From Octopus bimaculoides (Eukaryota), in NCBI RefSeq assembly GCF_001194135.2, contig NC_068990.1:45426361-45490360 (forward strand): DNA of 64,000 nt. Direction: 5' to 3'. This document shows positions 1-12,345 of the stretch, piece by piece (the stretch's first letter is position 1; every line of letters begins with the position of its first letter). Under the pieces are notes generated by a model. It made no database searches. It was given only the letters and a program-made list of their open reading frames with translations, and had not been told where the DNA came from. A program made the translations under genes and the position numbers.

Positions 1-112
1 AATAACTTGTTATGTAATGAAAATCTTTTATTTTATGTTCTGTTGCATTGTGTTCACAGACTTGCACTTAAAACTCACACACTTTTAATCGTTAGTTACT
101 ATGGTAACAACA

Positions 113-149
<37 letters not shown>

Positions 150-170
150 CATCTATCCATCCATCCATCT
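113..170. repeat. (TCTA)n/(TCCA)n microsatellite
   Basis: Direct reading; abuts the 5' truncation point of the LINE that follows. Confidence 0.95.
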
Positions 171-1348
171 GCTTTCCCGCAGCTCGTCTCCATGACCGAA
201 CTGCAGTCGTGGATCAAGAGGAGGCCGAGGAAGGGCGAATGGCACCNNNNNNNNNNCATCCATCTGCTTTCCCGCAGCTCGTCTCCATGACCGAACTGCA
301 GTCGTGGATCAAGAGGAGGCCGAGGAAGGGCGAATGGCACCGCGAGTGTCGCGCTGCTCTTCGGCAACTCCAACAACCTGGGTCAACCTTGAGCGACTGC
401 ATCACAACTAACGCATTCTATAATGGATTAGTGGAGGGAAGGTACGATGATGATCTCAGGGCGAACCTGGGCGTCGACGAGGAATACCTGACATGCCTGT
501 TTAAGACGACCTTCGGACCGGGACCTATGGACAACTTCCAGAGATCCCTGGCCTGGCAGTGCTATCGAGAAGCACTACCCGTTCGGGATAAGCTCTACAG
601 GCATGGCTCGAGAAACACGGGGCCGACCTGTCCGAGATGCCGGCAGAACGACGAAACCGTTCTGCACGCACTCGTACAGTGTCCCACCATTTCCGAGCTG
701 TGGGCTTACGTCGAACAACTGCTATCGCGTGTGGGACGAGTCGGTCTATCAGCCGAGTCTATCGTGAATATTGTCGCGCCTCCTTCCTTTAAACGGGAAG
801 GAAGAGCTATTTTCATCGTACTTGTGGCTATNNNNNNNNNNNNNNNNNNNNNNNNNNNNNNNNNNNNNNNNNNNNNNNNNNNNNNNNNNNNNNNNNNNNN
901 NNNNNNNNNNNNNNNNNNNNNNNNNNNNNNNNNNNNNNNNNNNNNNNNNNNNNNNNNNNNNNNNNNNNNNNNNNNNNNNNNNNNNNNNNNNNNNNNNNNN
1001 NNNNNNNNNNNNNNNNNNNNNNNNNNNNNNNNNNNNNNNNNNNNNNNNNNNNNNNNNNNNNNNNNNNNNNNNNNNNNNNNNNNNNNNNNNNNNNNNNNNN
1101 NNNNNNNNNNNNNNNNNNNNNNNNNNNNNNNNNNNNNNNNNNNNNNNNNNNNNNNNNNNNNNNNNNNNNNNNNNNNNNNNNNNNNNNNNNNNNNNNNNNN
1201 NNNNNNNNNNNNNNNNNNNNNNNNNNNNNCCTACGATCCCTTTTGATCGACACTCCCCCTTTTTTTTCCTTCCCCCTCCCAAAAAGAAAAGCTCTACATT
1301 GTATTTGTCCCATCTTCGTTGAGCCCTGTGTGGCTAATAAAAGAAATG
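171..1348 (+). mobile_element. 5'-truncated L1/Tx1-clade LINE (ORF2 C-terminus + 3' UTR), interrupted by gap 832-1230
   Basis: Translation SLAWQCYREALPVRDKL...CPRCRQNDETVLHALVQC...LW fits the C-terminal CCHC (zf-RVT) region of L1/Tx1 ORF2. GC/CpG-rich, so probably young. AATAAA at 1336-1341 plus a short A-rich tail, then (TATC)n at 1349-1365. Confidence 0.85.
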
Positions 1349-1589
1349 TATCTATCTATCTATCTTTCACACACACTTTCTTTCACTGTATTTCTCAACA
1401 AAAACTTTTTCTCCTCCCTTTCTTCCAAAAATAGATTGTGACAGACAGATAGATGGAGACCCACTTCTCTTTTATAAGATTGAAAGGTTCCAATTTCCAT
1501 TACTCAGATTTACTTGTTTCAGCTGGTAAACCTGTATACCTATGTACATATATGTGTGTATACACGCACACACACACACACACACACGT

Positions 1590-1850
1590 ATGTGTGTGTT
1601 AGTTCGTATCTTTGTCTAGACATCATGTGATAGTTGTAAATGAGTATCATTTATACAAACAAAGTAGTTTGTTTCTAGTCTTCTGGGAAAAGTATGTTTA
1701 GCTAAGGGAAAATATTACCTTCCTCGGAAATGGGTGAGGGTTGGCTACAGGAAGGGCATCCAGCTGTAAAAGCATCTGCCTTAAATTCTGTCTAACCTAT
1801 GTAAGCATGGAAAAGTAGACATTAAATGATGAGGATGTTGATGATGAATG
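1590..1850 (+). mobile_element. SINE 3' half with RTE-type tail ('family B')
   Basis: Follows a CA/TG tract. Contains aaatattaccttc..ggtgagggttggc..aggaagggcatccagctgtaaaa..gcatggaaaagtagacattaaatgatgag, recurring at 8778-8995(-), 37920-38150, 39081-39290, 57540-57790 and 58495-58720. Confidence 0.7.
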
Positions 1851-1884
1851 TCAGTTTATAAATGGTATTATTGTTTAGGCTCAA

Positions 1885-2085
1885 GTGAGCTATGGGCAAG
1901 CAGATGTGAAATCAAAGGCAGTACATCTGTAATAATCCTGTCTATTTTTTCAGATGTGATGTATTCCAGACTACATTATCTAAAGTACTCTTTCTTTTTT
2001 TTAAGATAATAAGGTGTACTTTGAGGGTGACTTGGCTATTATTTCCAGTAGGCTTAGCATCTTTGTAGAATTATCTCATTGGCTC
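1885..2085 (+). repeat. Unclassified interspersed repeat ('family D')
   Basis: Motif gtgtgatttgagggagatttggctgctatttctagcagg recurs diverged at ~22130-22230, 47930-48715, 50730-50790 and 53310-53370. Confidence 0.5.
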
Positions 2086-2614
2086 ATTATAAATGATGTT
2101 TTCAATTGTTATCTTTCATGAATTTCTTTTCACTTCATATGAAGCTTAATTGGTTACATTAACTTAAATTATACTTTTGTATCAAGTTACTATATTTCTA
2201 CTGCAGTTTTCTTCAACCTGTACATACTGAGATCTTAAAAAGACTTGAATAATTTAACAGATAATAGAAGTTAATTCATGGAAAGCTTGAAACTAGAAAT
2301 CACAACTAGCTGTTTTGCAGATGGAACATTGGACTGCCAACTAAAGGGTGAAATGATTTTACTGTACAATCTCTTTGGTAGCTGCAGTTATATAATGCTG
2401 TATAATTTAATTTGTAGTGCTAAGTTCAAATTCATGAGTATCTCTTAATAATGATATGAACTATTTCAGATTAACCTTTTTTTTTTAATGGTTGGTCTGG
2501 AGGAAAGGACTATAGCCATGGTTATTACAGGTGTGGTTGGCACTAATTTTTAAAACACTGCATAAAATTTCCAAATAATCGCCATAAACTACAACCCTGC
2601 ATGTTATGGTTCAC

Positions 2615-2815
2615 TCTTTTACTTGTTTCAGTCATTTGACTGCGGCCATGCTGGAGCACTGCCTTTAGTTGAACAAATCGACCCCAGGACTTATTCTTTG
2701 TAAGCCTAGTACTTATTCTATTGGTCTTTTTTGCTGAACTGCTAAGTTACAGGGACATAAACACACTAGCATCGGTTGTCAAGTGATGTTGAGGGGACAA
2801 ACACAGACACAAATG

Positions 2816-2883
<68 letters not shown>

Positions 2884-3046
2884 CAACGGGCTTCTTTCAG
2901 TTTCCATCTACCAAATCCACTTACAAGGCTTTGGTTGGTCCGAGGCTATAGTAGAAGACACTTGCCCAAGGTACCATGCAGTGGGAATGAACCCAGAACC
3001 ATGTGGTTGGTAAGCAAGCTACTTACCATACAGCCACTCCTGCGCC
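2615..3046 (-). mobile_element. Full-length tRNA-derived CORE-type SINE
   Basis: Minus strand starts ggcgcaggagtggctgtatgg (A box), then ggttcattccc (B box), ccttgggcaagtg (CORE/MIR-like block), an internal (TG)n tract and a tail ending gactgaaacaagtaaaaga. Confidence 0.9.
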
Positions 3047-4084
3047 TCATTTTAAATTCTGAATTCTTTAAGACTACCATAGTTTGGTTGGGTAACATAC
3101 TTGAAGGACAAGTTACCAACTTAAAAGTGTTCTTACTGACCTTTCTATTCTTCTGATCCAAGAGAACTTACACCAACTGCAAAGACACAAGGTAATTAAT
3201 GCTTCCACCTATGACAAGGATGAAGACACAGGTTTTGTCAACCTTAAAAGATCCATAGGAGTTGCTCAGCATCATTGGGCAGTTATCTTGTCCTATAGCC
3301 TCAGCTTGACCAATACTTTGTGATTGGAATTTAGTAGAGAGAAACTGTGCAGTAGCCAGTTATACACTCACAAACACAGACATGTGTCTGTGCATGTGTC
3401 CCTATGTATGTATGTATGTATGTATGCATGCATGCATGTAAGTACGTCCATTGCTGTGTTTATATTTATAGCAATTGTTGTTAATGTTGTATCCTTTTAT
3501 ATCCCTAATATTAGAAGATCAACAAATAGTGATTTATAAAATCCATTTTCTGTAGAGTTCACTAAATGAGAAACAGATTTCCTTTTGGATAGGATTCGAG
3601 TCTATCTTGGGTCAGTAACTTCTCTGGAAAAGATAGACACACCTTATGTAATCATCAACTAGGTGAACTGACAGAAGTTTCTCTCTCAGAAATACAAACA
3701 AGGTACTTTAAGTGCTTGGCTATTTCATTCTAAACAGAAACAAGGAATATGAAAGCAAAGTAAACATTTTATTCTAATGAATGAAACATATTGGCATAAT
3801 ATTTGCTAAGAAAGGGAAGTGTCCTCTGAACTAATCCCCATTCTATGTTGTATTAATTTATTCATTAAATATTATTTCTGTCCAGAATAATGACGGGTTA
3901 TTTCCTCAAAGCCTGAATTGCAGCAAACTGAGGTTATTGTCTCTATAAACTGACGTTAAATCATTTTAAATCATCACAGCTTACACTGAATACAGCTGGA
4001 AAAAGGTACCTCATTTTTCATTGGTAATGCCATTTTGTTAAATATTTGTTTAGAATTTAAACAAATATAATTATTCTTTCTAAT

Positions 4085-4983
4085 TATGACACAAAGCTAG
4101 CAACTTTTAGTGGTGGGAGTAAGTTGATTACATCGAATTTAGTTTTTAAGTAGTTCTTATTTTATTGACCCTGAAATTATGAAAGGCAAAATCGACCTTG
4201 GCAGAATTTGAATTCAGAATCTAATGTGTAGGAAGAAATGCTATAAAACATTTTATCCGATTTGCTAGCAATTCTGTCAATCCTGCTTTAACAATAATAA
4301 TAATAATAATGATAATAATAATCCTTTCTACTTAAGGTCTGAAATTGGGTGGAAGGGGACTAGCCGATTACATCAATCCCAGTGTTTCACTGGTACCAAA
4401 TTTATTGACCTCAAAAAGATGAAAAGCAAAGTCGACTTCAACGGAATTTGAACTCAAACAACAACAATAATAATAATCATTTCTACCATAGGCACAAGGC
4501 CTGAAATTCTGTGTGGGAGGCTGCTAATTAACTACATTGACTCTAGTAATCAACTGGTACTTATTTTATCAACCATAAAATGATGAAATCTGGTGGTGGT
4601 GGTTGTTGTTTCAAATTTTGGCTCAAAGGCAACAGTTTCAGGGGTAATTTAATTACATTGACCCCCAGCGTTCAACTGGTACTTATTTTAATGATCCTGA
4701 AAGGATGAAAGGCAAAGTCAATCCCAGTGACATTTGGACTCAGAATGTAACTGATAATAATAACAATCCTTTCTACTGGCACAAAGCATGAAATTTTTGG
4801 AGAGAGGAGAGGACCAGTCAATTACATCAATCCTAGTGTTCAACTGGTACTTAATTTATCGGCCCTGAAAGGATGAAAGGCATGAAGTCGACCTCGGTGA
4901 AATTTGAAATCAGAATGTAAAGACAGATGAAATGCTGCTAAGCATTCTGCTTGGCATGCTAACAGTTCTGCTAGTTCGCTGCC

Positions 4984-5029
<46 letters not shown>

Positions 5030-5248
5030 GCCTTCCTACTGTAGGCACAAGGCCTGAAATTTGGGGGAAGGGATTAAGTCAATTACATTGACCCCAGTAC
5101 TCAATACTCAGCTGGTACTTATTTAATTGATCCCAAAAGAATGAAAGGCAAAGTCGATCTTGGTGGAATTTGAACTCAGAATGTAGCGACACAAAATACC
5201 ACTAAGCATTTTGCTTGGCGTGCTAATGATTCTGCCAGCTCGTTGCCT

Positions 5249-5284
<36 letters not shown>

Positions 5285-5398
5285 NNNNNNNNNNNNNNNN
5301 NNNNNNNNNNNNNNNNNNNNNNNNNNNNNNNNNNNNNNNNNNNNNNNNNNNNNNNNNNNNNNNNNNNNNNNNNNNNNNNNNNNNTAAAACTACTGAAC

Positions 5399-5432
<34 letters not shown>

Positions 5433-5631
5433 GTCGTCGTCTTTTCTACTATAGGTACAAAGCCTAAAATTTTGTGGGAGTATGCAAGTTGATTATGTCG
5501 AACCCTTGTACTTGACAAGTACTTATTTTATCAACCTTCTGCAGAATTTGAACTCAGAATGTGAAGTAAGATGAAATGTCACTGACCATTTTGTCACGTG
5601 TGCTAATGATTCTGCTGGTTTTCTGCTTTAA
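4085..5631 (-). mobile_element. Head-to-tail stack of ~7 tRNA-derived SINEs separated by (TAA)n
   Basis: Copies at ~4085-4292, 4321-4460, 4478-4590, 4615-4752, 4766-4986, 5030-5251 and 5440-5631. Minus-strand A box gctggcagaatc, B box gagttcaaattcc and central block gtcgactttgcctttcatcctttcggggtcgataaattaagtaccag (recalled as Meta-domain-like, unverified). Confidence 0.85.
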
Positions 5632-5866
5632 GAATAATAATAATGGTGATGATTATGATGATGAAACAATAACCATAAAAATGTAATTAGAGAGAAACCA
5701 AAAATTATATTTCTCTCAATTTGTAAAGATTATTTTTATCTTAATAGTGTAATCCAGAAGAAGTTACACCCCTGCCGTTCACAGGACCTTTCAAAAATGG
5801 TTAGATTAACACAATTATTCTTGAGCAGCTGTAAGGAAAACTTGTGCAGGGAAGAAAATTTTAGAG

Positions 5867-6212
5867 CAGGGGTTCTCAACCAATTTTTAACTATGGACTT
5901 CTTTGATTACTGTTTTATTCTGGTGGACTTCCCATAGTTATTTGATGTTTAAAAACTAATTTTATAGAATCCTCTTTTAAAATTCCTATTTTGTTTTTTT
6001 CTCATGTTAACTTGTGTAGGTTGTATTATGTAAAATGTTAGAGAAAGCAACTCAACTGTTTCTTGCAACACATACCAAAACATACATCTAAAGTAAATTT
6101 TTTAAGGGGCCTTTAAAATACTATTCCCAGTTTACTATTTTCCTTGCACAGGCATCCCCAAAATCTTATATGGACCCTTGGGGGCCATATGGATTCCATT
6201 TGAGAACCACTG
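5867..6212. mobile_element. hAT (Charlie-type) MITE, 346 bp
   Basis: TIRs CAGGGGTTCTCAAC / CAGTGGTTCTCAAA; 8-bp flanks ttttagag / ttgtacag (6/8 match). Confidence 0.8.
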
Positions 6213-6390
6213 TTGTACAGTGTTGATACATTGGTATCACTTGGATTGATGTCACCTACTACCTTACTAATAGCATCACTAACTCATGGATCTTATTATC
6301 TTCCTCAACATACAAAAAGCTTAGTAACAGTTTGTTATTTTTTGTATTAATGTTAGTTGTGAATCATAATTCCTTTAAATCACATAATTA

Positions 6391-6488
6391 GATTGGAGCC
6401 TGGTGTTGCCATCCGGTTTCACCAGTCCTCAGTCAAATCGTCCAACCATGGAAGGCGGACGTTAAATGATGATGATGATGATGATGAT
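6391..6488 (+). mobile_element. RTE LINE 3' tail fragment
   Basis: gattggagcctggtg...ggacgttaaatgatgatgat, the same tail that follows RTE coding sequence at 27734-28278 and 45505-46560. Confidence 0.75.
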
Positions 6489-6784
6489 GTTTATGTATTG
6501 ACAAGCAATTAACAGAATTAAAATTACAAATTTAGATTACAAAATAAACATCTGCATAGCTTAAGTAGTTTCATGTGTTTAATGTGAAAATTTAGTCAAA
6601 CAACAGTAGAATTTACATGCTATTGTTTATATTGTTTATAGCTTTATTTTTGACTTAAACCATTCCAAAAATACACACACATGCACATATATACACATAT
6701 GCATACACACACACACACACACACATGTATAAACATACAAATGTATATGCACATATATATGTACATATACATATATAATATATA

Positions 6785-6820
<36 letters not shown>

Positions 6821-6823
6821 CAT

Positions 6824-7274
6824 AAAATTTATTTATGAGGGTAGAAATTGATATTAATCAATTTGAACCAGTGGTCTAGCATATAAAAAAAATCCGAAGA
6901 TTAAAATTATATTACATACAAAAATAAGAGGGATGACCAGCAAAAGTGGACTCCTATATGCTAGAAATAGATGCCGAATCATCTAACCACGTAAACAATA
7001 TATGTTCTCAGTAAAAATTCAGCGACACAACAGACTGTAAAAGGGCAAGACAAATGAAAAAATACTAAATAAAAACGATTAACCTACGTACCAGCATAGT
7101 CTGTCGATTTGCGATGTAATTTCCAGAACTAGACACAGGACGTCCAACCGAAAGGGAGCACGTGTAGAGTTCTACAAATTACATTCAGTGTATCCTTTTA
7201 AATGTCTTCAATCTGGCGCTAGACCACTGGTTCAAATTGATTAATATCAATTTCTACCCTCATAAATAAATTTT
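6824..7274. mobile_element. 451-bp element with perfect 57-bp terminal inverted repeats, next to a (TA)n tract
   Basis: 6824-6880 is the exact reverse complement of 7218-7274. Confidence 0.75.
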
Positions 7275-7733
7275 TATACAATAATGTTTCTCAGACCGGT
7301 AAATTAGCTGCAAAAATTTATTAACTGCAGAATTATTTCCGGACTTCTGTCTGTGTTTGGACTGTCTCTGCACAGGGACTACCCAGACTCTGCTTTTGCC
7401 ATGAACAGGAATTAAACTTCTCTCTTTGTTCCTTTGCGCCATATGGGCTCAAGTCTCTACCTCTCTTCATCTGACACTATTCCCACACACCTCCTACATT
7501 CAACTGCCCCCCTCAACCTACACACCTGCATACTGCCTACCTCAGTACCCTCACCACACACACCACTATACAAACACTCATACACACTGTTCAGCTCATT
7601 ACTCACTTCACACACCATTACACATATACCTACAAACACCTTCCCACTCCACACACACTAGCACCAAACATTTCTCAGCACCCACACCACACACAATCTT
7701 CAATAGTGTCTCTGCACATACCACTATACGTGC

Positions 7734-7859
7734 AATTCTGATTGGTTAATGAAATTTTAAATTATTTTGTTTACTCTATAGCGTTTCATAGAAAGTATAT
7801 TCCTTGAAACGCTATGGAGTAAACAAAATAATTTAAAATTTCACTGACCAATCGGAATT
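7734..7859. repeat. 126-bp palindrome (55-bp arms, 16-nt loop)
   Basis: 7734-7788 matches the reverse complement of 7805-7859 with ~4 mismatches. Confidence 0.85.
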
Positions 7860-8709
7860 AATTGACCAACATGTATCTCTATTAATTGCTTCTCAAGGGT
7901 GATGGGTAAAAAGTGTAAATGCATATATATACATGTATGTGTGAGTGTGTATATGTATTGTGTTCGTGCATGTACATGTATCTGTATATATGCATGTATA
8001 CATAATGCGCAGATATGTGTATACATGTGGATGTATGTATGTGTGAGTATATGCGTGTGTCTGTGTATATATATATGGATGTATGGATACATGTATGTAT
8101 GTGTGTATATGTATGCATGTGTACTTGCATATATACAAATTTTCTTAACTTTATTTATACCTTATAAACAAACATTCCATTCTTTTATCAACTATAAACT
8201 TACCTTATTTATATTTAAATTTCCTCTGTCATCTCTATTTAATTTATTCATTTATTGTTCTAATTCTATTTACCTACTCCATCTTATCTCCAATCAGCCT
8301 GAAAACCCCTCGCCCGAACATATAACAATACAAATCATAAACAGTATCATCCAGTCTGCTATAATGAATCCATAAACACATAGAACATCCAAGGGTATAT
8401 TTTTTCCCTCTGAAGATATGCTCAGATCATATAAATTTAATATTTACTTAATATTTACTGAGTATTAATTGAAACAGCTGTAAGGGATGATGATTAATTT
8501 GCTGTTAATTAGAAACAATTATTAACTTCCTAATCTCCATGTTCTATTTTTTTTCTTTATATGAATATAAACTATATGTTTATATATCTATGTATATATA
8601 CCTATTATTTTAAGGAAATTAATTTCTCCAAAATACCAGGAATTGAACCAGTATTTCCTTGGATGAAACCATCCCTTCATGAGGTTAACATAACCACTAA
8701 TCAAATTTA

Positions 8710-8741
<32 letters not shown>

Positions 8742-8777
8742 GACACATGCAGTATGTATATGTATCTATCTCTTTTT

Positions 8778-8995
8778 ATCATCATTTAATGTTCACTTTT
8801 TCATGTTCGTAAGAGTCAGATGGAATTTGTCGAAGTTGATTTTTTTCTACAGCTGAATCCTCTTCCTTTGCTAACCCTCACCTGTTTCTAAGCAAGGTAA
8901 TATTTCCCCATTGTGAGATGTGTTTCTCACAGAAGACTGGAAACAACAACCCTGCTTGTCTGATGATGTCTAGACAAGGACACAAATACATACAC
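8778..8995 (-). mobile_element. Family-B SINE 3' half
   Basis: Reverse complement of the family-B motif (ccctcacctgtttctaagcaaggtaatatttcccc). Confidence 0.65.
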
Positions 8996-9289
8996 ACCTA
9001 TATACATATATGCACATACATATTTTCATACATACACACTTTATGAATAGCGTGCATGTATACACACATGTACATTATACTAATATATATACTATACTTA
9101 CTGTCAATCTCTGTCACCCACTATCAAGCACATGCACCCACTTAAATTCATCCTGTGGCCATTCTGTCTCCTGGCTGATCTCTTCATTTCCAAAGATACT
9201 TTGCACTGACTTTGATTTTGTCTTCTATGATATCAAGACAGAAAAGAATATTGTGGGAACCGTGAGGTTTTCACTTATGGCCTCTTAAA

Positions 9290-9560
9290 GATTATTTATT
9301 ATTATGGTTGGGTTCCAGACCAGGCCACAGCAACAAAGGCCACACTTCTTGGTCCATCATCACTGCCTCTAGGTCTTGGATACAGTCCAGCCAGTGTCCG
9401 CAATCATATTGTTGATGTAAGTGTGAGTATGTTTTCCTCTTCTTAAATTACCATGAAGTGGGTTCTACGAGACTAATTTGGGTGTTCCCAGGTTAAGTTG
9501 GCACATGTAGTAACCAGATAGTCACAGCCATCATTGCCTGAGATACTGATTGATTTTGAT
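9290..9560 (-). mobile_element. Decayed RTE/RTE-X LINE 3' end
   Basis: Minus-strand translation across frameshifts ~EPLHGNLRRGKHTHTYINNMIADTG..QDLEAVMMDQEVW resembles the RTE C-terminal 'WEP.HG.R.RGRP..TYID.L..DTG...M.DR..W' motif. Confidence 0.5.
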
Positions 9561-10002
9561 TGGTTGCTCAAAAAGATAATGAAACAGATAATCCACAGAC
9601 ATGTTGAATGTCTGACCACCTGTGTGTTGATAAGTATCTAATACTATATCTACTTAGCTATTTCACATCTACCAGCTACTCAGTTAACCTCAAAGTATTT
9701 TTGAAGAAGATAATCTGTGCTTGATTGTCATTCTGTCATTAAGTTCATCTATTTACAGACAAGTTTAGTCAATTTTAACATTTTCATTGTCGTGATAATT
9801 TAAAATCTATGATCATGTAATTATCAAGAAATTGGATAGTAAAATTTTTTTATTGTGATATCTCAAAGAAAATTTGTTAATTATCTTTACTCTTGTGTTG
9901 CTACTGATACTGCTAATATGGTAAATTGGCAGAATGTTGCATAAAATGCCTTGTGATATTCATTCCAATTCACTGCAGTCTGAGTTCAAATTCAATCAAG
10001 GA

Positions 10003-11330
10003 TCAACTGTGACCTAGTTCCAGTAGGATGCCCTTCAAAGTCTTCATTCTCTGTAGCATTGGCTCTAAAACCAAATTATATAAGAAAGAAGAGAGAGGTA
10101 ATGCTTGGTAGACCACAAATTTGATACTAAATGATTCCAAGATGTGGTTGTTTAGTTGATCATCAAACAGATGCTGCTGTACATTGTAATGATCCATTCT
10201 CAAAAGACAAGACTGAAATTGACTGCTCTTAGGATGGCCAACAGTTAGCACTTGTCAACTCTATTGAAAGCTTTGGATTGATCCAAATTGACCAGCACTC
10301 TGCCAGAAATAAATCTATTCCTGACTCACTTTATAATGTATCACATAAGGTAGAGATTATCACGAATAGATCTGTTGGGAACTACACAAGTTTGTGCATC
10401 TCTGACTACACTGCTAATGACAAAAGCCAGCATCTTGGCAAGCATCTTTGCTAAAATGTGTCGTGTTATAGGTCTATCATGTCTTTCTTGTTCAGGTCAT
10501 TCCTTAGCAGCATCACTACTCCCTAGCTCACTTGACCAAGAATGCTTCCAATCTACTGCCAGCTATAGTAGATGGCTACTGAGACAAGGAGAAAGCAAAT
10601 CTGACATGAGAAAAATAGAGCTTGGAGGGCAGACCTTCCAATCCTGGCAATTTACTACCTCACACAACAGCTCAGTACATCTGCTATTTTTTTGTTGTAA
10701 TCAGCTTCTTGCAGCACTCTGTCTCTTTCTGTGTGAGAGTCACAGCAAGTTATTGAAGTAGCTATCAGAATCTGCTGACTCCAGTCTGCCACTCATTTAA
10801 AACAGTTCAGCAAAGTGCTGTTGGGAAACTGCAGCCTTATGTTTGGAACCAGAGAATGCACATCTGTTGAAAGATAACTTTGTTGCTATGCTGTGCATCT
10901 GCTACCTGGACTCATAGCATAGCTTTCATGCCTTCATATTCCAGTGTATGCAATTTAAAATGAACTACACATCCTTTGTTTTCACATTGAAGAAATAGTT
11001 GGAGGCCATTTTTGTTGCTAGCATATGCAATATCACTTCTCCAAATCTCTTCTAAACAGCTATCCTGCTATTGTCTATAGCTATTGCTTTGCCAAACCTA
11101 ACCTATGCTACTTTAATTTATCTCTTTAGCATTACCAATCTGTTGAAGATGGTGTCTGTCACTTCCTGCTTAATTAGTTTGCTAATCTTATCACTGAAAT
11201 ATTTCCTATTGGAAAGGATACACTCAGCTTCTGGTAACAAGTTCCCTGTCTATTGGCCTGTTCTAAGTTGACAGTACAGGTCATGAATTTATGTAGTCAA
11301 CAATCTGAAACTGTGGTTAACTCACACTAA
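10003..11330 (-). pseudogene. Degenerate L1/Tx1 reverse transcriptase (ORF2) relic
   Basis: Minus-strand motifs in order: PGLEGLPSKLY, ILAKMLAKMLAFVISSVVRDAQTC, LVNLDQSKAFNRVD, YQALPLSSFLYNLVLEPMLQRM; many stops and frameshifts. The upstream boundary is approximate. Confidence 0.8.
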
Positions 11331-11811
11331 TCTCATCTGCTAACCTGATGAAAATTCTATCTAAATATAAACCTGTAGGAACAACTCAGTCAAACGAAAA
11401 TTGAAATTCTCAAGTGGAGAAACAGCTGATGGTGACATGTTCTTCACAAAATTATGAATAACAGAATTTTCAAAACACTCAAGTATAATATGAGTTTTCT
11501 AAAACCTTGAGTTACATTTTTATGAATCTGTGGCACATCCAAAAAAATCCATTGCACTGTAGTGCATAACTGGCAACCCACTGGATTAAGTTAACATTTG
11601 CAAGATGTAGAACTTAACTGAATAATGCAAGAAAATTTTCCATTATTTGAGGATTAGTTAATTAAATTGATCCCTGTACTTGACTGGCACTTTATTTTAA
11701 AAACCTAAAAGTTGGCTTGCAGAATTTCATTGCAGAACATAATGAGCTGGAATAAACACCATAAGGCAGTATTCCACACTCTAATAAGTTTGTCAATCCA
11801 TTGCCTTTGTT

Positions 11812-11820
11812 GTAGTAGTG

Positions 11821-11898
<78 letters not shown>

Positions 11899-11920
11899 AC
11901 AGCAGCAGCAGCAGCAGTAG
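11812..11920. repeat. (TAG)n-(CAG)n compound microsatellite
   Basis: Direct reading. Confidence 0.95.
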
Positions 11921-12297
11921 TTATGAGGGAAAAAAATTGGGTTGTGTGAATTTTCCAAAATTCCTCTCTGCACATCCTTGGAAAAATTCTTTCCCATAAA
12001 TCCCTATATACTCTTAATCTACAGCATCTAAGCGGAGTTTGTTGAAAATTTCGTCAAAAGGTATCCATTTTCCTGGAAGTTATGAGGCAACAAAATTGGA
12101 ATGGAGGTACACATCTCTAGTTATGCTTGAAAGCCTTTTGTCACTTCCATCAAATCAGAATCGTTTGAATTTTCTGAAACTATTCTCAACTCGCAGAAAA
12201 TGTTTTTCACAACAAATTCCGATATATTCGGAATCTATCAACTTTCTTGTCCAGTAAAATAAGTAAAACTTATAGTAATATAAAGTAATAGATCTTA
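11920..12297. repeat. Unclassified interspersed repeat; a second diverged copy lies at ~14895-15165
   Basis: Shared cttccatcaaa.cag.atcgtttgaa...aatgtttttcacaacaaattcc.atata..ggaatctatcaactttctt..ccagtaaaataagtaa. Confidence 0.65.
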
Positions 12298-12303
12298 TTA
12301 CAG

Positions 12304-12345
<42 letters not shown>

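Noticed and set aside
162-341. Exact 85-bp direct repeat (162-246 / 257-341)
   Set aside because: Identical copies separated by exactly 10 Ns indicate an unmerged contig overlap, not biology.
6930-6975. Hammerhead-like GATGA..CAGC/GCTA..GAAA inside the 57-bp-TIR element
   Set aside because: The core reads GGGATGA rather than CTGANGA, and there is no valid stem III/NUH site.
11812-11920. Telomere-like repeat
   Set aside because: The unit is TAG/CAG, not TTAGGG or TTAGG; an ordinary microsatellite.
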